A stretch of DNA of 49,609 nucleotides, counting the filler, from Catajapyx aquilonaris (lineage: Eukaryota), in NCBI GenBank assembly GCA_000934665.2. It is 3 parts of 3 records of this genome, joined end to end, with 100 filler letters (N's around TTAATTAATTAA, not from the genome) between each part and the next. Parts side by side here need not be neighbours in the genome. Positions count along the whole stretch, not along the records: positions 1 to 16,436 come from JYFJ02007204.1; positions 16,537 to 32,953 come from JYFJ02007205.1; 1 more part is not named here. The stretch is one strand, 5' to 3'. The notes under the pieces are model-generated. The model saw nothing but the letters and a program-made list of their open reading frames with translations, had not been told where the DNA came from and did not search any database. Positions 12,531 to 23,425 of this stretch are shown here, in pieces (position 1 is the first letter of the stretch; each line of letters begins with the position of its first letter). A program made the position numbers and the translations under genes.

Positions 12531-13288
12531 CTTAAGAGTTGCTACTGAAACTGGGACCTAACAGCACCTACCCTTTGTGGGACATGTGACGAGTACACAA
12601 GGTAAGCTCTAGCAATTCAACCTCAACATACCCTGGTGGCAATTCCTCTGGGTCAGGCCTGGTCAAGATGCCCTTTGTCGCCCACTCATGTGACGGAGAC
12701 AAACACCATGCAGTGCGGAGTTTTTGCATGTGGCATCAGAGTTAGCCAACTCCTTTCAGTACGGGCTGAAAGGAAAGACATTGTTAATGCATTAAGGTGG
12801 CCCATACTGCATAACCTGCTTAAGAGTTGCTACTGAAACTGGGACCTAACAGCACCTACCCTTTGTGGGATATGTGACGAGTACACAAGGTAAGCTCTAG
12901 CAATTCAACCTCAACATACCCTGGTGGCAATTCCTCTGGGTCAGGCCTGGTCAAGATGCCCTTTGTCGTCCACTCATGTGACGGAGACAAACACCATGCA
13001 GTGCGGAGTTTTTGCATGTGGCATCAGAGTTAGCCAACTCCTTTCAGTACGGGCTGAAAGGAAAGACATTGTTAATGCATTAAGGTGACCCATACTGCAC
13101 AAGGTTGATTACAACCTGCTTAAGAGTTGCTACTGAAACTGGGACCTAACAGCACCTACCCTTTGTGGGATATGTGACGAGTACACAAGGTAAGCTCTAG
13201 CAATTCAACCTCAACATACCCTGGCGGCTATTCCTCTGGGTCAGGCGACTCAGGCCTGGTCAGGATGCCAGTTGTCCTCCACTCATGC
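12531..13288. repeat. Tandem array of ~2.5 near-identical 288/300-bp units
   Basis: CTTAAGAGTTGCTACTGAAACTGGGACC starts at 12531, 12819 and 13119 (periods 288 and 300). The third unit diverges after ~13288. Confidence 0.95.
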
Positions 13289-13572
13289 AGGCAGTGGCTT
13301 GCATGGCGGCCTGGTGGGTTGTTCACACACACTCACAGTTCACAGTCATCAGCATGGCTGGTCATCAGTCACACCTGAGTCATACCTTGGTCATACGTAG
13401 TATCAGGAGCTTGGCAGTATAAAGGGGCACAGACTAGTCACACGCATACCGTATGGCACACGCCAAGGGGTGGGGCATTTTCAAGACATTCAGTTGTCAA
13501 TGGTTTGTTGCATGGCGTTCGTCTCCGGCGTCTCCGGCACATGAGTACAGTAACATGAGTATGCCATGCCAC

Positions 13573-14953
13573 TAGTGTTGGGCCCAAAAAAGCAAAGCAG
13601 CTTTTTAAAAGCTGCTTTAGAAAAAAAGCAGTACATCCACTGCTTTGAGTTTGAGGAAAAGCTGCTTTTGGAGAAAAACTGCTTTTTTGTTTTTTCTGCC
13701 TCTGCGAGTCTGCGCGGGCATATCAGAAAGACTTCCCCTTACAGAACACTTTATATACGTACAGTTATAATATCCAAACTCATAAAACTATATCACAAAA
13801 GTGACAAAACATCAAATAATTTGCGGCTTCAGAAAAAAAAAAAAACATTTGTTGTACGGCAAAAAGCGGGTTCTCATCAAAGATCAACCAAATTATAGGC
13901 CTACATTGAATATGGTGGAAGTCGAGGAATACCCTGGAGGTGTTTCATTCTCTGGTTTGAAAAAAAATTTGCAGTCGTATATCAAATGGAACAATGTCCA
14001 ATCTTGATTCTCGTTGCACAAAGTGCAGCTAGATTCATTAGAAAATTCAAATTTGTAGCCCTTTACGAAAAAATACTCGGACTTGTTCCTCAGACTACAG
14101 ATTAAGCGAGTATGAGTAAGAGGCAGTGAATATAAAAAGTATTGAGCCATGCCAAAGTCTGGGGCTAATCGAATATAATGACTACTGTATAATGAGAAGA
14201 ATAAATATTGGTCCAACGTTGAAGTTATATAATTTTTATACAATATCTGTATATTTTCATAATTTCCAGCCATCAACCAACTTTCCCAAGTAAAGCCCAA
14301 TCTCCAAAACAGATGTCTTAGAGCTGTCTTCCATTTACCATTTTTTAGTAGAATTTACTTCAGGTCGAAATCAGCCATCGGAGGGCTTTTTTACTCCAAT
14401 AGTTGTCTGGCAGTTCCCAACTTTCCCATGTTTTTTGTAAGAATTTAATTAGCTGTTTGAATGTGTTTTTCTAGATATTTCTCCTTCCTGTTTGCGAGGC
14501 AATGTGAGAAATTTTTTTATAAAATAAATTTCAATTCGTTCTATTTCATGTGTTCGGTCCAGTGCCCAAACCGTGGCACTGTATATGTTACAACTGGTAT
14601 TATTTTATTATCTAACAATTTGAACGCCCTTTTTATATCCCCCCACCTTCAAGTTTACTATAGTGTGGGTCACATACCGGATATCTCCGATATCCCTTTT
14701 GTCATTGGCCGTACTTGTTTATGCAGCAATTGGAACTCCCAAGTATTTATACATGATGTTTTAATATAAAATAGATAAAATAATAGTATAAAACGTCCCA
14801 GAGCTACTTTCAGTACTTTCATTACTTTGTGTCTTTGTTTAAACAACTTTCGTAAAAACTGCTTTTTAAAGCAGCTTTTTGAAGCTGCTTTATTTACAAA
14901 GCAGTTACTACTGACGCTGCTTTGTAAAAAAAAGCAGCTTTTGCCCAACACTA
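13573..14953. mobile_element. Non-autonomous hAT element (1381 bp) with a perfect 8-bp TSD
   Basis: CATGCCAC(13565-13572)-TAGTGTTGGGC ... GCCCAACACTA-CATGCCAC(14954-14961). Arrays of AAGC(A/T)GCTTT sub-terminal repeats are present at both ends. Confidence 0.9.
13893..14340 (-). pseudogene. Non-LTR retrotransposon ORF2 C-terminal fragment inside the hAT element
   Basis: Minus-strand frame KWKTALRHLFWRLGFTWESW...TRLICSLR...CTLCNENQDWTLFHLIYDC, a C-x2-C..H..C zinc knuckle typical of LINE ORF2 ends. Confidence 0.65.
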
Positions 14954-16436
14954 CATGCCACTGCCCAACCGGCATGGCGCTAGCGATTGGCCAAAAATCA
15001 CTTCGCCGTGAAAAAGAGCTGTGATTGTAAAATCGCACTTGAGCTATCTAGCGATTTACAAAGTCATGCGCGCGATTTTCATACAAAATGCTCTTCTTTT
15101 TTTTTTGGAAGTAAATTTTTTTTCTCTGCAACTATCCCAACCACGATCCCAACCGTGATCCCAACATACAGATGATCCGAGAACCGATGGTACGCTAATG
15201 TTGTTATTCTGATTTCCCTAGTGCCTAGTCTTAAGACTCCTATAACAAAGCAGTGGTTATATCAGCTCTTGGTTATATCAAGTTATATATAACCACTGCT
15301 TGGTTAGGACTAGGGGCGGCCCCTGTGCAGATGGGCCGGACAGAAGTCGTGGGACGTTCCCAGGGACGCGGGGCATCCCTTGAAGATGCCCGACTACGTA
15401 CAGGCCACCACGGCAGATCGATCCAAGTCGCCCAAAGCCGCCATCTTTGCTTAGCAGTTATGTATCTAGAAGTTATATATAGCAGATATCTTTTATCACT
15501 CCTAAGCCCATCCCATGGCGCCAAAGACTGGCGCTTTTTACACTAGCACTCCTAGCGTCTAACCGTGAAAGCTTCTCCCCGCCTACAATTATTCAAATCA
15601 TGACAATCCAGTCGATAAGCGGAAAATGCGTGAATATATGCAAAGTTCCTATGTGATTTTTAAATAATGTGAATAGTTACATGTACAGTACCCTGTTGCG
15701 AGATTCCAAATTTCAGGGGTCTACGATATTTCACGAAGGTCTAGGGATGAAAATGTCGACAATGATGTTTACCGAGCTAATTCTCTGTTGTTGAGGTGTT
15801 TGTGATAAGACTTACGTAATAATATACTGTAGGTATATCGAGTGAAAGGTAAGAGAAGAAGCCGTTGATAATTTATACTGATGGCATGAATTTTAACTTT
15901 ATTTATATCGTGTATGTGTTCTCACAGATATCTAACAAAAAAGGAGGAAAATAACATCATCGTGGACTTTGACATTCCTCGATATCTCAATGAAATATTA
16001 TCGCAGATGCCTCAAAGAATCGGGATATGTGTTACCTATTCAAACCCTTTGTTTAAAAATTCAGATCGAAACTTATCTATCCCCCATCAATTTTTCGATG
16101 ATTTATTGGGTTTGCATGGCCTTGACTGAAATCATCACTAATAGCCCAGGAGTTTTAGCCAAGAATGAGGCCTAACCCGGACAAAAATAATGTAAAGCTG
16201 AAAATTTGCACACAGGCTCTGTTTGCCATGCTGAACAACATATCAAAAGTCCCCGACTCTCCCCTGTCCGCGTCATGTTTTTTTGGCTCGAGAAGTACAT
16301 AAGTGACACTCGCTTTGGAATTGGCTATAATATCGAAACTTCTCGTCCGATTTTGCTCGGATTCCTCTTAAATTGTTTACAATTGGATGCACAACGTGAC
16401 TATCAGGTCATCATATCACCTGCAGGTCAAGGTCAC

Positions 16437-16536
16437 NNNNNNNNNNNNNNNNNNNNNNNNNNNNNNNNNNNNNNNNNNNNTTAATTAATTAANNNNNNNN
16501 NNNNNNNNNNNNNNNNNNNNNNNNNNNNNNNNNNNN
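16437..16536. other. Artificial contig linker N44-TTAATTAATTAA-N44
   Basis: Exactly 100 bp. The 12-mer places stop codons in all six frames. Identical to 32954-33053. Confidence 0.97.
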
Positions 16537-16986
16537 AGTCAATCGACATCTCCTGGCTGGCGTATACATGCCAACCTAAACTCAGAGGCTCTCTTTACTG
16601 AAACATTGCAAGTGTTTTGCATTTGTGCGACTCTAATAACACCAGGTAATCCAGGTAATCAGATACATTTCTTCTGATAATGCCAATATTATTAGTATGG
16701 CGCCACCACTAAATACAATAAAGTCTGATTGCTTACAGAAATAGCCGTCGTCGGAAGCTGAGAAGCGGGGAATGCTGCATGCCATTGTTATAGGATTATT
16801 GTGTGTTTTATCCTTGATACCCGGCACCCATGACCCCTCAATAACCTTAAACCTACTGTTGTTATTTCCTCCTGGGCCCAGGATTACACTGTGCATGGTT
16901 GTTACTTTGATCTGTTATTAATATTGGCATTATCAGAACAATGGTTTGATACTGGAGGTAATAGTGATAGTTAATAGCACAACCTC

Positions 16987-17420
16987 ATTTATTTATTTAT
17001 GTATTTATTTATTTATTTAAAGATCATACTCTGCAGAATCAGTTCTGTAGTATGATTGAATGAACTCTATTGAACCAACTAGAGAGTCTGAGTCTGATAT
17101 AATATGGGAGATTAAAAAGAACAGAGAGTGGCGGAGAGTGCGAAAAAAAAGGGTGGGCATATAATAAATGTTAATAGTGAGAAGGGCTCTTTTACATGAC
17201 ACCAGGAACAGACTTACTCACTGTCGAAATAAATTATATGTCCTAACAATAAGGATAAACTATAGGTGAACTATGGCGAAGGTTGATCAGTAAACGAGTG
17301 ATTTTAATCGCGGTGAGGAAATCAAAATAGTAGGCACCCGTGTGAGGAGGACGCAGGTCGCGATAGTTCTCTTGGGATCTATGGAGTCAGAAATATATTG
17401 TTTGGATGGCTGTGGGTATA
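16987..17420 (-). mobile_element. Degenerate LINE 3' end with (TAAA)n tail
   Basis: (ATTT)n at ~16988-17018 on +. Minus-strand remnants AYYFDFLTAIKITRLLINLR and CSWCHVKEPFSLLTFIICP (with stops/frameshift) parallel the fragment at 13893-14340. Confidence 0.55.
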
Positions 17421-17977
17421 GAGAAAGATTCAAGGGTGGCACCACCTTATATTACTTTGGTGGATGCTGAAGTACTTGCCCAGGAATGCGAATGTTTTAA
17501 GTTGCCCGGATGTTTCAAACTATGTCACTTCAGTGCTAGTTTCACCTAACTTTTGAAGCATTTTCTTTGTGAGAAGATAGGGTGCTCATATAAACAGAGG
17601 TGTTAAATTATTTAGCTCGGGGCTCTTTTACCACATTTTGTTCTTTCATCAACGATGCATATAGCGGTTAGCCTCATAGTATTGTCATTAATATTTGGCA
17701 GGGAATTTCATTGAACTCATTTGAAACAAGTTTATTGGATACAAGCATTTCCCTTCCTCTCCTGAACGACGCTGGACTATACAAAATTTGCAGACACTTC
17801 CAGACGGTGTCAGTCGAGTCAGTGTTGCTTTTTTGTCGGGGCCTTTCTGCCCCGGGGTCATGTAACTCATGTTGACCCATGTAGATGTAGAGTCAGTGCA
17901 GTGCTTCATTCGTGGATGGAGATCTTTAGCTGCCAAAACCAAACCTGACGATCATAATCATCGAGGGCACCAGTGTA

Positions 17978-18088
17978 CAGGGTGTGCCGAAAAGGACCGT
18001 GGAAGTCGTCTTGTATGGGTTTTCAAAACTAGTGTTTTTGGCTTCTCATTGGGATGACTTTGAAACGATCCTAATTAGGCGCACCCTG
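17978..18088. mobile_element. Short Tc1/mariner-type MITE
   Basis: TA-CAGGGTGTGCC ... GGCGCACCCTG-TA. Confidence 0.6.
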
Positions 18089-18847
18089 TACCGCACTACC
18101 ACCGCTGGACAGAAGACTCCATTACTCTAATCATGTGGTCATGATTTTGTGACGGCTTGTACAGTGTCACGTGCGGTTATACACCTCACGTGCCATTAAG
18201 CCACATGGTCACATCATCGTGCTGCATGATTATCGATGCTTCGAAGGTCAAAAGGTGATAAGGGCCCTGAAAAAGCATCCGGATATACGGTGGCAGTGAG
18301 AGGGTGGATTCAAAGTGTGCTGTACGATGACCCCGACCATTGTTGCCCAGGTTGCCTTTTTCAACCCGAACTTTGCTGGACCACTTGAGCTTATTCTACC
18401 GACGATATCGAAAAAGCAATAACCGTGATTATGGCAATATAGTTAGGCCGGTGTTATTTTTACTCCCGTCAGATTCGTACTAACTGCTACTGCGAGGCAG
18501 TAAAGAAAATCAGAAGGACTTGAAACATTAGCGTATATAGTCAAATGATGTTAGGAATCCCATCAAAAACATTACTTTGGATGTAACTAGCCAACATTTT
18601 TTCAGCCTTCACATACTCGAAACTGATGAGAAATATTATAAGTAAAAATAATAATATATTTCAAGTTGGCACCGAAAGAGTAGACAATGTTTTAGGAGAG
18701 AGGCGCGTGACCTGGGAGGAATTTCAGGTCGATTGCAAGTGTACATTTCATTGCATGTGTTTTAATCTTGTTTAATTCCAGTTCAACAACTCAAGGTACG
18801 TCACATGTGCTCAAGTAGTGCCACGGTGTGATTGTGACAAAATAAGT

Positions 18848-19107
18848 AGAGCGTGTAACCTATCTCATGTAGAGGTAGGGGGCGCAAATAAAGAGCGTGT
18901 AACCTATCTCATGGAGAGGTAGGGGGCGCAATTAAAGAGCGTGTAACCTATCTCATGGAGAGGTAGGGGGCGCAATTAAAGAGCGTGTTACCTATCTCAT
19001 GGAGAGGTAGGGGGCGCAAGTAAAGAGCGTGTAACCTATCTCATGTAGAGGTAGGGGGCGCAAGTAAAGAGCGTGTAACCTATCTCATGGAGAGGTAGGG
19101 GGCGCAA
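18848..19107. repeat. 44-bp minisatellite, 6 copies
   Basis: GAGCGTGTAACCTATCTCATG(G/T)AGAGGTAGGGGGCGCAA starts at 18849, 18893, 18937, 18981, 19025 and 19069 (constant period 44). Confidence 0.97.
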
Positions 19108-19383
19108 AAACAGTTATTTTGTCACTATCACGCCGGATATTGAGCTTTTAGAAAAAGGTAATCTGATTCTGGGCAAGTACAGAGCATAATGCGTAGGAAA
19201 TTGAGCACAGTACAATGTGAGGTGTGAGAGTGTATAGCCTATATAATTATGTGGAAAGCTTATTACAGCACGGGTATTATGATCACGGTCTTGGTAATTA
19301 TGTAGTGACTGTTCAAAAAGTATGGTGTATGTATGGTACAGTATGGGTAATACCTGTATGATGAACGTCACTCATGGTATATT

Positions 19384-19560
19384 CCCAGGTAGCACACTTC
19401 GTCGGCCCGATGTCGGCGAATGACACCGGGCCAATGTTGGGGAGCGATGTCGGGCCAATGTAAACCGGTTAACTTTTTGTCACATCGGGCCGTCGTTGGC
19501 ATCCGGTGTTGGGCCGATGTTGGCATTACGGTGCTGACCCGATCTACATTATACCCTATT
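19384..19560 (+). mobile_element. Probable single end of a CMC/EnSpm-like DNA transposon
   Basis: Terminus-like CCCAGGTAGCACA followed by repeated GG(C/G)CCRATGTYGG sub-terminal motifs, with degenerate copies again at ~19930-20050. No matching right terminus found. Confidence 0.4.
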
Positions 19561-22060
19561 GGTTCAGATATAGTCTGAACTAGCTACGTCCTTTTTTCCC
19601 CCAGCCAACAGTCCAACACCCTCGTTTGTCGTATTGTTTTGGGTTGTGGTATATGCCGGATATGGCTCTCTTTGCGTCGCTATGAAGTCATATAGACTTG
19701 TAGATGAAGCAGGATATATACGCGTCGGATCTAAATCCGATTATTGTATAGATAGAGCAGGCTGAGTCAGGTTATAGAACCGTTTCTCTTTCGGCACCAC
19801 CTGAGGTTATACGCGTATAGGATCGAAATCTTTTTCATGCAGTAAGATCAGGCAAAGTCAGGTCGCGTTTTCAGGATTGTCTGCAATCAACCGAGAATTA
19901 CTATATTCTGTCCGTATATTCCGTCACTAGTGGGCCCAATAGTGGTCGTATGCCCACAGCACAGACGGATGTTGGACGAACAGACGAAGGTCACCTGTTG
20001 GCCCGTCCAATATGTATACCGGTATGGATAGCTCAGTGGTCCGAGGTCACTGCGTAACTGACCTCGTAGAGTCACCGTTTGCTCGCCCATTAGACCTACG
20101 TGTCAGGTCACCCCCGCCGGTGTGGGCATAAGGCCATTTTCATTTAACAGTGTAATGGGCCTTTTTAGAGTCATTCGGCAGAAGAGGTACCGGCCATTTA
20201 TCAGTGGGAGTACGTCGGAACCTTATTATACCAATCCCTAATGTAATAACGTACCACCAGCCCTTTGCATATAATTTATGTCTCAACAATGAGGCATAAT
20301 CGTTGAAGAAATGTTTTGTGTACTTTGTAGCACCCCCCACTGTATATATTGCATTGTTTTAAGGTAAACAGTGATGTGGTACTAAAATAATATGGTTATG
20401 TGTTATTGGTATTTCGGATATGATTAGACTATCTATAGTGTAATGGCATGTGATGTACTACGATGCCGGTTTGTAGTACATCAGTGCTGTTTGTGACCTC
20501 TGTCCCCCTTCCGCCATTACATTATCGTACTCCCATAATGGCACTATAAAGGTACTACCAAGAACAACGTATATGCTACACACATACAGGAGACGCAGAA
20601 AACTCAGGTATTTTCTTGGTATATTGCATCCATTATGACATATAATCATTGCACAACTTGTTTGCGATTTTGCATTGTTGTATATACTTTGTGTAGTTAG
20701 CGTGCTATATGTCCCTCGAGGGGCTGGATGGCACGGCATTTTTCCTGCTAAGTATAACTTCACTTGAAGCCAACATTCCAAAATTTCGTTCAATAATAAT
20801 AATTATTGCTTAAATTACTTTGATTTTTGAGTAAAGAAAAAGCAGGAAAAGCGTCCCACACCATGAGTTGGAGCCTTGTCGCTGGCGGTGTGGCTTTTCA
20901 CCAATCCAGCTCGCACACCATAGTCGTGACTCATGTAAACACGAGCAACATGTGTGTTGTGTGTGTTTACACGAGTCATGACAAACACTTTAAATTGTCT
21001 TCTCCTTCTAAATTAGCTGCGATTAGCACCGTATTGTCCTGCTGCCAGGTTCCTGCCTATGGAAGGCCCAGGCCGAGAAAGAGGAGTGGGTGATTGAGGT
21101 CCCCAGGGATGCGGATCCAAACGAGGACCACTGGACCAGTTCTCCAAGAATGCGAAGCCATACTTCTATTTTGATTTTTTAAGAGCAATAATGTTCGTTT
21201 TGCTAAACTGTGAATTTGACAGAAACAATATGAGCAGCCAAGTGCTTTTTATACCACCTGCTAAATTATATTTAAATGTTGTTTGTTTGTTTAACATACC
21301 ATAAATTAGGATGTGCACAATATTATTTTTTGGCCAAGTGTTCCTCTGCTAGCATGGCTGGTGGTATAATAAATTATTAAACATACCACAGAATAATATA
21401 AAAAAATATAGTAAGTACAATGTGTTGTTAATAATACAAACATTAATTGCAAGGAGACCAAGAGGAAACAAACGATATGTCCCTGGAAATGGAATAATCG
21501 GAGATGTAATGCGATCTCTTTCATACATTATAATTCCATTTAAAAATACTTTTGTACATGAAACAAAATTAAGATCTTTTCACCTTTTGCAGAAATAAGT
21601 ACACATGAATGTCGCTTTATAATCTCTTCACCTTCAGTGCTAGAAAAAATTTGAGATTCGTCGAGGTAAAAATAAAATGCATTTTTTAAATGCAACACAT
21701 ATTACTGAGCATGACACGATTTACCGCATACATGAAAAATGTCGAGTGGTTCAGGTTCATATTTAATTGGGTTGTGAAGGTGGCATTCAGAATTTTTCTT
21801 CCATAAGTTGGATGGGAAATCATAAAGGGGTGAAGGTGTGTGAATAAAAATTGTTCCCCAATGGAAACCGCCCAATAAATTAAGTTCAGCTTGTGCCATT
21901 TATTTCCTCATTTGTATTTCCTTATGTTCAACTCATTAATATTCACTGATTTCTTCACAAAGAAAATGAAAATTGTACCAAACTTGTTAGATTCGGGAAG
22001 CTGATGAATGACAACACTTGCTCATACATTATGGGCATGTTTAAAAACATTTATGTAGGT

Positions 22061-23425
22061 TCACTTCTTGTATTGCCATGGGATCTGTCCAGCACGTGTT
22101 AAAAAATACTCTGCCACCATCTGCCTCACTCTTGCTGCATTTCGGGTGTACTTGAGGTTCCTGTTTCTTGGCAAAGCTTGCAGAGCCTCTGTTTTGCACA
22201 ACAAGACACGCCAGTCTCCCGGACGAATCTCACCATTTGCTTGCTCTGTGTCTACGAAATTGGGCGGACAGTACAGTTCATTTAGAGCTGTACCACATGA
22301 CTTGAGGAAGTTGTGCAGCACAACAGTTGCCTGAACCACATTGTACACATTGTCCAAGGACATTGAAAAGGGTCTCCTGTACACACGCCACCTTGCAGAA
22401 AGAACTCCCAGGGCGTTCTCTACGCATCTCGTTGCCCTTGACAGCCTGTAATTGAATATTCTTCTCATGTCATTATCCAAGTTTTTCCCAGGGAACGGAT
22501 GCATGAAGTTGGGTTTTAGCGCGAATGTTGCATTCCCAACAAAGAAGTAAGGCACAATTGATGATCCGCCTGGAAGACAACCTGGAGGCGGGAAATAGTC
22601 ATCTCTGTCAAAGTCTCTCCCTAGTTGGAAGCATCGGAAGATTTCTCTGTTGTTTTCTTGCCCATGCGGACCCGCAGCGACGTAACAAAACTTATACTCG
22701 GCATCGCAAGCCGCCATAAGAAGAAGCCCATGGCCTCCTTTGTCCTTGTCATTCACGGAACTGTCGCACCCCTGAATGGCCACCTTTTGCACATCAACCG
22801 CCGCCACACAATGGGGCAAGTCCCACAAGTTTTCAAACGCATCCGCTTTCTCCAACCATAACCGCTGCGTAGGTGCAGGCAAATACATGGGCTGCAAGAC
22901 CTTGTACAAAACGGCGCAGGTTTTACCCACAATGGTGCTAATGGTGGATTTTCCAATCCCGTACCGCACGCCAATGGCATGGTAGGTGTCGCCGGTAGCC
23001 AAGAACCTGCAGGAAACATTGAGATTAGTTATGTTCCTGAATGTGTTATTAAACGACCCTTACCGCAATGTCACTGCTAATCTCTGCGCGGGCGATATGG
23101 CCTTCCTCATGTTGGTGTCCAGTCTCTTAATATGCGGCCCCACAAGATTCAACACGAAGCAAAACTGCTTGGGAGTCATCCTGAAGCTCCTGTAGAAATC
23201 CCCAGCCCCCTCATTATCAGACCCCACCAGATCCATCAAGCTCTGTCCTTCAATCACCACATCGTCCATAACAGTGGGCTGCCCGACCCTGCTGAGGCTG
23301 TTCCGGACCCACCATCTCCTGCGCTGCTGTTCCTTCCTCCTCCTTCGTCTCCTACGAGCAATCAGAGCCAGCAGCAACACTCGATGCCGGTGAAGCAGCG
23401 CAATGTGCCGCTCGTTGTCCGCCAT
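22061..23425 (-). CDS. Harbinger/PIF transposase-derived protein (HARBI1/ALP1-like DDE_Tnp_4 family), 435 aa, 2 exons
   Basis: Exon 1 is 23425-23064 (AACATGG start; RRRWWVR, FRMTPKQF, DTNMRKAISPAQRLAVTL). A 57-bp GTAAG..CAG intron spans 23063-23007. Exon 2 is 23006-22061. Splicing restores LAVTLR-FLATGD. Total 1308 nt with no stops or frameshifts. Further motifs: PHCVAAVD, CDAEYKF, IFNYRLSRATRCVENALGVLSARWRVY, VLHNFL, GQIPWQ. Confidence 0.92.

Noticed and set aside
12531..13288. Protein-coding repeat (periods 288 and 300 are multiples of 3) or hammerhead retrozyme
   Set aside because: All three plus frames hit stops within the unit, the ORF track shows no long minus ORF, and no CTGANGA core was found on either strand.
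16481..16492. TTAATTAATTAA as a biological palindrome or piggyBac target
   Set aside because: Centred in an exact 100-bp N pad that is repeated identically at 32998-33009, so it is synthetic.
17688..17942. 84-aa minus-strand ORF with coding-like composition
   Set aside because: No recognisable homology or convincing splice partners; left uncalled.
18848..19107. CRISPR array (palindromic repeat at a regular period)
   Set aside because: Units are head-to-tail with no unique spacers, there are no cas genes, and the context is eukaryotic and intron-containing.
21049..21212. Possible plus-strand terminal exon or MADF partner of the Harbinger gene (SCLWKAQAEKEEWVIEVP...)
   Set aside because: It has an acceptor-like CCAG but no recognisable Myb/MADF signature or linked exons, and cannot be supported without RNA-seq.
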